NCBI GenBank assembly: GCA_951406725.2
Contig: OX597829.1
Span: forward strand, 36,208,001-36,272,000
DNA length: 64,000 nt
Source: Octopus vulgaris
Taxonomy: Eukaryota
Direction: 5' to 3'
Shown here: positions 54,700-64,000 of the stretch, piece after piece
How the letters are laid out: every line of letters starts with the position of its first letter
Position numbering within the stretch: position 1 is the first letter of the stretch
Program-made: the position numbers and the translations under genes
Notes under the pieces: generated by a model
What the model saw: the letters and a program-made list of their open reading frames with translations, nothing else
Databases searched by the model: none
What the model was told of the DNA's origin: nothing

Positions 54700-55160
54700 T
54701 AAGATAGTGAAGTTTGTAATCGAGCTGGTAAGGCCCTTTTTCTTTGCCCGGTGGCGATGGCAAACGAGGTTGTCTGGTGGACGATACTGAAAGGCATGAG
54801 GACAGAGACATACCTCTATGATAGAGACCTCATCGAAGTTTTCAACTTTCATTTGAAAAAGAAAATGAGGGTGGAGAGGAAGTTGCGGTCCTCGAGTGAG
54901 ATTCCTCGATTATGCCTAGAGGTCCTCCTGTATCAGGGGCCAACATCACTATCAGTCCCGACTTTTTATCCTTCGTTCTTTCTTTTTACTATTGTATACT
55001 ATGTGTGATTTCCTTCTTTGTTTTATTGTATACTGTGTATGATTTATATATATATATATATATGCATTTTTGTCATTTCATTATATGTAAACCCCCACAC
55101 TTTCTATCTGCCTTTATATTGTCCACCCCATTCTTCGCAGAGGTAACAAATATAAGATAT
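54700..55160 (+). mobile_element. Tx1/L1-like 3' end fragment
   Basis: VAMANEVVWWTILKG...FNFHLKKKMRVERKL is similar to VAMTKEVVW at 60316-60350 (minus). Confidence 0.6.
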
Positions 55161-55326
55161 CATTATGATTTTCATGATGTTTATCATTATTATTATTACA
55201 ACGACCCCAGTGCTCAAATCTGTACTAGTTGAGCACTGGTACTTATTTTCCAATATTCAGTCATCACCAGAACATGCAATATCTATGATGAAATCAGTTT
55301 CCCTATGCTCCGTTGGCTAATAAGAG

Positions 55327-55363
<37 letters not shown>

Positions 55364-55978
55364 TATCGTCGTCGTCATCGTTGTTGTTGTTGTTGCTGCT
55401 GGTGCTGCTGCTGTTATAGTTGTTATTATTTTTATTATCTCTTCAACTAGCTAAAATAATTAAATTTTCTCTACAAACAAATAACGAAAAATGATTTAAA
55501 AAAAAAAAAAGAATTTGATTAAAGGTCTGAAGACACCTTGTTTTAATATAGAATCATTTTGATAAACAAAATAGAATTTGGTGCTGTTATTTTTGAAGCG
55601 ATAATTAAACCGACTGGAGAAGCTTTTTGATTTTATTTTTATTTTCATAAGAATAACGTTGTGTAGATGATGATTGTGATAGAAACAATAGTATTTATTG
55701 TTGTTACTATTTTTATATTACTTTTAATATTATTATATAATTATTGCTGTTTATGATGATGATATTCTGGGGTTGTTTTTATTAATATTAATATCATCTG
55801 TGTCATAAGTATCGAAAAAACATCAATCTATTGTATGAGAAGCAACTGAAGTGTAAATCTTAAAGTGTAAGACATTAGAGAGACACATATGTATGTATAT
55901 ATGTATGCATGCATATATGTATGTATGTATGCATGCATATGTATGCATGCCTGTATGTATGTATATGTGTATGCATGC

Positions 55979-56009
<31 letters not shown>

Positions 56010-56040
56010 TGTACATATCTATCTATCTATCCATCTACTT

Positions 56041-56362
56041 AGGCGCAGGCATGGCTGAATGATAAGATGTTTGCCTCTCAACCACATGGTTCCGGGTGCA
56101 GTCCCACTGGGTGGCACCTTGGGAGAGTGTCTCCTACAATAGAATCCAGCCGACCAAATCCTTTTGAGTGGCTCTAGTAGAAACCCTTCATACATATGTG
56201 TGTGTGCGTGTGTGTGTGTATGTGTGTGTGTTTGTCTGTGTGTGTGTGTGTGATGTGTGTGTGTGGGCGTGTATGTGTTTGTTTGTCCTCCATCACTACT
56301 TGACCGGTATTGGTTTGTTTACATTTCCGTAATTTATCGGTTTCAAGAGACCGATGGAATAA
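56041..56362 (+). mobile_element. SINE family A, 3'-truncated at the long (AAT)n array
   Basis: AGGCGCAGGCATGGCTG...CCACATGGTTCCGGGTGCAGTCCCACTGGGTGGCACCTTGGG...GAGACCGATGGAATAA. Confidence 0.85.
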
Positions 56363-56375
56363 CAACAACAGCAAC

Positions 56376-57025
<650 letters not shown>

Positions 57026-57423
57026 TACTACAGTATTTTTCTTTAATGCTCTAAACATTGGGATCGTGAGCTTATCACACTGTATACACCAAAATACGTT
57101 TCACGTCAAAGAAAAATCTGAACTACAAAAAAGATGTAACAAAGACCAAGCGAGTCATATACATTCCAACACAAACGCACAAACTTACAGAAATACACAT
57201 ACAACTTAAATCGACTCCATGCGACTTAAATCACACACCCATTTATGCATATATACTGAAAAAATACTATTGAATCAGTTAACGATCAGCAATAGCTAAA
57301 ATGAAATGTATTTTTGTTTGTAAATCCCCAAAAATTTAAGCCATATCTAGTGAACCACAGCATACACACATATAGTAATAAGCATGCAAAGACCGGGATT
57401 TTGCACGCCCACTCATACATACT

Positions 57424-57508
<85 letters not shown>

Positions 57509-58773
57509 GTGTGAGCACACTACAGATGATTAAATACAAAAACCATGCTCCCATTGAAATATACTAGAATTTAATTATTTTAGCAAACACATTCTAAGAA
57601 CCTTGACCAAATCTCTTAGCTACATTTATTAATGCAGGAAGATTGTGGTCCCCGGCACAATTAAAAATAAGTCCTATCAAAGGATGAAAATTCCACTCAG
57701 AAGCTGGAAAAGATGGTGCCACCAAGTTAGCTACCGGTTGCAAACTTTACTATGCAACTTTGGCTTTCATGCTTTCGATATTGGATGAATTAAAAAGTTT
57801 TGTAATAGAACTTCTGTAGTAATTAAAATTGAAGAGAACTTTACGTTTCATTCGGTTTTCTGTTTCAACGCTTCTTAAAGAATAGTTGAAAAAAAGGAAT
57901 CCTATAACATTCAAATGATAGTCTTGCTGAGCATTTGCTATTTTCAGATAATGTGTTTCTACAAAACCCAGAACCGAATCTGAAAGGGTCATTGTGTTGA
58001 CCATTTCACTGCTCACAAACGCCCCGAATATCTCTACATTGCAATGAACTTGAACAATATCTTTTTTTGCTTGCCAAATTTGTAAAAAAGAAAAATTTAA
58101 TTAAGAAAACGTAAATTATTAATTTTCTATTGTGGCCGAATCGCTATGTCATGGGGCCATAGGCAACGTAGCTCCAATACTCTATCGATCAGTACGAAAT
58201 ATAAGCATGAAACTACACACGCACATATAAATTCACACATACAAACTCATATATGAGAGTGTATGTGAGTGTGTGTGAATGTGTGAAGTGGTATGTGGTT
58301 GTGAAGCAAAGTTTTTTTTTTAACCACTTGTTTAACGATCTTCGAGAATAAGCTACGACAGAAATCTGTACTTATTTTCTAGAAAAACGAAATTCAGCTC
58401 TTCAAAATTAGTCATGAAATTAAGAATTAAAAACCTCGAGAAAAATATACCAAAAAAAAAAAAAACAGAAAAAAGAAAGCCACAAAGAAACAAAGAAAAT
58501 CTATCATTTTATCTGAATGGAACTGTTTTATTACCGTCGTAATCAAGCAACTAATCATTATAATCAACCACAACCAATCTCTCAGTCAGTCGATTTATCA
58601 AACTATCACTCTTTCAATCTATAATACCGCTTTGTCTACGCTTAGTTTTTTTCTCGCTTCTATCTATATATAAATCTATTTATCCATCTGACTCTCTCCG
58701 TCTCTCTCTGTTTATCACTGTCTGTATGTCTGTTTGTATCTCTCTACCAATCTATCTGTTTCTTTCTCTCTCT

Positions 58774-58831
<58 letters not shown>

Positions 58832-59509
58832 AGGAAGGCCTGTATATCTATGGTACTTTATTTATTAGTGTGTCGTATGTGTTATGTCTGTTTTCTAACA
58901 TACTTCATAACCCTTCGTGTACGGTGCATTTGTGCAAACGATTATATACGTATTGAAATGAGTAGAGACACTAACAAAAAAACACACTCAAAAATGTATT
59001 TGTAAATGGACACGAGTTAGAGTATTTTTGTAGAAGTATATATGTATATATGCGCAATTATACATACAAATATATATTTACATACATACAGACAGACATA
59101 TGTATGCGTGTGTAAATTTTTTTAATCAATTAGTGTGAATCAACATAACACAGCAGCTTCGTTGTGATTCGATAAAACATAAAACAATCCGTCCATCCAT
59201 CCATTCATCCATCCATCCATCCATCCATCCATCCATCCATCCATATATATATATACATACGTATGCATGTATATATATCATTTATATATTGTTCCCGGCA
59301 AAGGGATTTTTAAAATCAATATTTACACGCTGTTATTTATAGACTATCTGCATCAATGTCCAACATTTCAAAAATAGTTTATGTACACCCACATATACAG
59401 AGACCCAGACGCAAACACACACACACACACATATATATGCATGTGCATATATATGTGTGTGTGTATATATATATATACGTACATATAATATATATGTTTG
59501 TGTGTATGT

Positions 59510-59580
<71 letters not shown>

Positions 59581-59614
59581 ATATATATATATATTTATAT
59601 GCAATGTATATATA

Positions 59615-59690
<76 letters not shown>

Positions 59691-59698
59691 TATAGTAA

Positions 59699-59881
59699 GG
59701 CGGTGAGCTGGCAGAAACGTTAGCGCGCAGGGCGAAATGCTTAGCGGTATTTCGTCTGTCGTTACGTTCTGGGTTCAAATTCCGCCGAGTTTTGCACTGG
59801 GGTCAATGTAATCGACTTAATTCCTTTGTCTGTCCTTGTTTGTCCCCTCTATGTTTAGCCCCTTGTGGGCAGTAAAGAAAT
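59699..59881 (+). mobile_element. SINE family B with deleted central core, inserted in (TA)n
   Basis: Head and tail match 3966-4197, but CCGCCGAG joins almost directly to GCACTGGGGTC. Confidence 0.88.
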
Positions 59882-60171
59882 ATATATATATATATATATC
59901 CATATATGGGTACAGGACGTCACCAACACTAACGAACAGGAAATACGAAGACAAATGAATTAAATATGCAAATAACGAGAGAAAAAAATGAACAAGTAAT
60001 ACAAAAATGACCCTTCATCAGTATCTACCGACTCCCCACTTGGAGCAATATGTATATATATATATATATATAAACGCATCAGTGGACAAAAAAGGAAGTG
60101 GCACTCAGCACACTTAGTAGGAGTAAACATATACAATCATTTAGAACAGTTTCATTCAGCTCTATGTGAGT

Positions 60172-60221
<50 letters not shown>

Positions 60222-60269
60222 ACAACGACGACGATGACGACGACGACGACGGCAACAACAGCAACAACT

Positions 60270-60880
60270 TGATCGAAGAGGAAAGTCTCTATTTCTTGAA
60301 TCCTTTCGGCGTCGTTCACCACACTACTTCTTTCGTCATAGCCACTAGACCAAGGGAACAACGCTTGCCTGCCTGCCCTGGCGTGATGAAGGTGGGTGGT
60401 GATGGATTCGGCTGATTGTAGGATTCGTCCCACACGTAATAATAGCTGTTCCACGTAACTCCACAGGTCAGCAATATTCGGACACTGCACGAACAGTTTC
60501 GTCGCTCTGCACGCATCTCGGATAGTCCCGCTTAAAGAGCGCTTCCGTGCCTGTAGAGTTTGTCTTGATCTGGCAGTGCTTCTCATTTAGTACTGCCGGG
60601 CTAGGAACTTTTGGAAGTTATCCATTGCAGTACTGGGCCTGAATTCCTCCGATTTATCTGTGTTCTTCGACGTCTAGCGTTTCCATACGCATGAAACATC
60701 ATCCTCCTTACCCAGTAAGAACTTACTCCAACCCTATTGCCGGACTGGTAGAAAGCAGTGAGCGTCTGACAACGCTTAACCTTCGTCTTTTCTTCATTCA
60801 GAATTGCAGCTCCGTCAAAGCGATGAACTACAGAAAAAAGCGTGTCTTACAAACGGAGACCACAGTGGCTCACCGTCTAT
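60270..60880 (-). mobile_element. Tx1/L1-like ORF2 C-terminal fragment
   Basis: VQCPNIADLWSYVEQLLLRVGRILQSAESI is similar to the remnant at 39290-39380 (VEQLMSRVGRIRLSAESI). Confidence 0.7.
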
Positions 60881-62768
60881 GTAATAGCAACAACAACAAT
60901 AATAACATGCGTGTGTGTATGCATGTGTGTGTGTTGTACATAGGCTTTATACAGGTATGCATATTTGCATACTTATATACATACACAAAGAGGTGCAAGC
61001 ATGCATAGCTGTTTGGGTATGCACGAGTATATGTGTATGTGTGTTTTCGAAATCACGTATAGTAAAAGTTAAACAGGTTTACCATTTTTACTGACAACAC
61101 TTGGTTTTTAGTTCTTAACGAATAAAAGTGACTTTAAAACTGATATTTAGATAGTGAGAGAATCAGATAGTGAGTCATTCATTCAGAGAAGCAGACAGAC
61201 AGTCAAACATAGTAATCTAATGGCTGAAACATCCAACATGATCTTTACTGTGTTCTTCAGTATGTACTTAGATCAATTTAAATGCAAAGTTGATTGACTA
61301 GGAGGCAGCAGTAGTGGTGTTAATGATAATGATGGCGTTGCTTGTGGTTTTTTGGCGATTTGTAATAGTGGATGTGGTGGTGAGTTAATGATTGCAGCGT
61401 AGAATGGAATTAAGGTTCTGTGCTTATGTTTTTCGATGTCAGTGATGGTAGTGGTGAATTTGGTTGTTGTTGTTGTTGCTGTTATGATGGTGGTGATCGT
61501 GATGTTGGTGAGAGAGATGGTGATTTTAGTTCTGATGCTTGTGCTGGTGGTGATTGGTTCTGGTGCAGATTTGAGAATTAAGGATGTTCTTTAATGATAT
61601 TTGCTTTTAATGATTATGTAGTTGTTTGTTTCGAAGTTGAAAGAGATGATGTGTGTTGAGGCTGTAGTAATGTTGGTGGGAAGTAAAGATGTTGTTTGTT
61701 GTGATGTTTATTGTTTTGCTGATGTTCCTGTGGGTATTGGGGATGGCGGTGTAAAGAAATTAAAGTTATTTGTGGTATTTATTTTTGCTTATTGTGGCTG
61801 TTGATTATTTTTGTAATGGTGGTAGTGGTTAGTCGTTGAAGGCTGCTGCTTTCATTCTTAGAAATCCTGTTTACTCTTAGTACCTTAATATTATACCATT
61901 CTTAGTATTGTAATAGTGGATTTGGTTGAGTATCTCGTGGTAGTGATTGTAGTTGAAGTCGTAATCATATTAAGGAGGTGGTTGTAGTGAGCATGACAGG
62001 GTTTATAGTTGTTAAATATCAGATTGCTGGAGTTAATGCTATTGCTGTAATGTTTTTACTGTTCTTCGTCGAAATGACTATGATGATGATGATGGTGTTG
62101 GTAGTGCTGGTGGTGATGGTGATGGTGGTGATGGTGATGGTGGTGGTGGTGGCGGAGACGGCTCAGACAGCAGTGGATGGTGACACTGGAAATCGGAGAT
62201 AATAGTGGTGATGATGGCGGCAATGCATGTATACAAATAAGAGTAGGTATTTACGGGTTGTAGTGAGTGTACAATTTAGTTTATTTCAGTCTGATCATGT
62301 CATTGAGTAAGGTATAAACATCATAAATTCTCATTTATGTATAGCCACAAAGAAGAAGTGCGATTAATTATTATTCTTTAATTTTACACGAACATTAGTG
62401 ACATAAATGAAATGAAATAGTTACAGACAACAATCCATTGTATTGATGTAATTCTTTATTAATAGTGTTTGTTTTATTTTAGTTCAGTTAGTTTTTAGTT
62501 ATCGTATTTGCACTTTTGATAGCGAAGTCTTCTGAAGTCCGTCAGTTACATGAGCTTTAGTTGTGTAAATAAACTGAATTCGTTCAAACTAAGAATTGAA
62601 GAAATGTCACGGTCTCAGAACGCAGGAAGCTTACCGTTATACTATGACACCTATTGATTATGTTTGATTATGTACAAACCAATGTTTGTAAATCTCATTC
62701 TGCTTCTGACACTTATCTCATTAATCTTAATTAACCTAATAATTATAAATTTACAACCTTCATACATG

Positions 62769-62828
62769 CAGACAAGAAAAAATATTCATACTGAATTAGC
62801 AGACAAGAAAAAATTTTCATACTGAATA
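62769..62828. repeat. 31-bp tandem duplication
   Basis: GCAGACAAGAAAAAAT(A/T)TTCATACTGAAT occurs twice in tandem. Confidence 0.85.
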
Positions 62829-63839
62829 CGTTGCCATGACTGAATTTAGCTCTAACCCTTTCCATACGCATGAAAAATATTTGAAGAGTTTCTGAGTTCA
62901 AGTATTTTGCTTAAACTCTTGCACCAAGCTAATTTCACAATAGCATAAGTATTCCACATTTTCTTATTTCAGCAGCCATAGAGGAGTATCTTTAAATATA
63001 ATAGCCCGGAGAGAAGAGATTATTCCTGATCTTTTACAAGATATTGGAACTGTATGTATTTGTATAAATGCAAGCAGATTGCGGAAACTAAACATATGCT
63101 TCATCATGGACATGACGAGCACCTGTAAGAGAAAGTTCAAAATTGAGTTTAAAGAACAAATCTCACGAAAGTAAAAGAAAATGCTTTAAGCTTGACTAGA
63201 GAGAAAAGCTTTTGTATGTGTGTGTGTGTGAGTGAGTGCGTGTACGTGTATGTGTGAGTGAGTAAGTGTGTGTGCACGCGCTTGTGTGTGTGAGAGAGAG
63301 CAATACGTACATACATAACATGTATACGTACACAGGCGTATACATGTATTTACATATAAATGTGTGAGGGGGGAAGAATTGCATATTATTTTAGCATAGA
63401 AAATGTTTCAAATTTAAATATCCAATTAACAAAATAAGATGATGATTATTACATGAACTGACTAATGGATCTGTTTCGGCGTGATTCAATACAGTAACAG
63501 TAAAAAGTAACGATCATTAGTATGCTGTGGGGAAAAGCTCTAATGTTTTGCACAGTGCTACAGAGATTTTTCCAATTAAGGGCTGTGCATAAAACGCATT
63601 TTTTGCTCTTAATAGCAGGCTAAAATACCTAATTTCTTTCCTTTTTACACACTTATCAATTAACACATATTTACAACAGATGCTTTAGGACACTAAAACA
63701 TTGGTGACATATAATGTAAGACATTTATGATTGACGATATTTTGTTTTATATATATTATTACTACTCCCGCATAAGTTATTCGCAGCATCCATATTTTCA
63801 AAAACATTGTCACTCCGTCTTTACTTATATCTACTTAAT

Positions 63840-63886
<47 letters not shown>

Positions 63887-64000
63887 CAACATATATATAT
63901 ATATATATTCAAAATATGACCGCGTGTGTACCGTTGGCGATTTTTTTCCTCCGCCTTCCTTTCTTTGGATCTTTCCTTTTCCTACGTTTCTGACAAAGAG

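Noticed and set aside
57750-58016. 88-aa complex-sequence ORF on the minus strand
   Set aside because: Non-ATG start and no recognisable domain; may be old transposon sequence but cannot be assigned
62960-63135. Strong minus-strand splice acceptor (CTTTCTCTTACAG|GTG near 63123) followed by a ~52-codon open frame
   Set aside because: No recognisable protein similarity and no partner exon identified; needs RNA-seq

Overview
Eukaryotic, AT-rich, repeat-saturated non-coding DNA. The microsatellite density and the SINE families suggest an octopus genome (inference, not verified). I recognise no host protein-coding exon. Almost all ORFs in the track are translations of microsatellites or decayed transposons. 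Identifiable content: three tRNA-derived SINE families; decayed non-LTR retrotransposons (four R4/Dong-clade fragments at 42.7-53.7 kb, several Tx1/L1-like fragments, one RTE fragment); two decayed Penelope-like elements with RT and GIY-YIG remnants, one with a 389-bp inverted duplication; a non-autonomous Helitron inserted cleanly into an RT domain; several MITEs, including one with an 8-bp TSD that carries TTAGGG repeats; and a Chapaev3-like transposase relic. The most notable signals are (1) minimal hammerhead-ribozyme motifs, one with an intact core at 8131-8186 (minus), mostly in short modules wedged between dinucleotide arrays; (2) a long hairpin whose loop motif recurs 20 kb away; and (3) a tandem train of (AAT)n-terminated R4/Dong pieces interleaved with an unclassified repeat that may be their non-autonomous partner. 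All alignments were made by eye. I found no convincing evidence of a novel protein-coding system.
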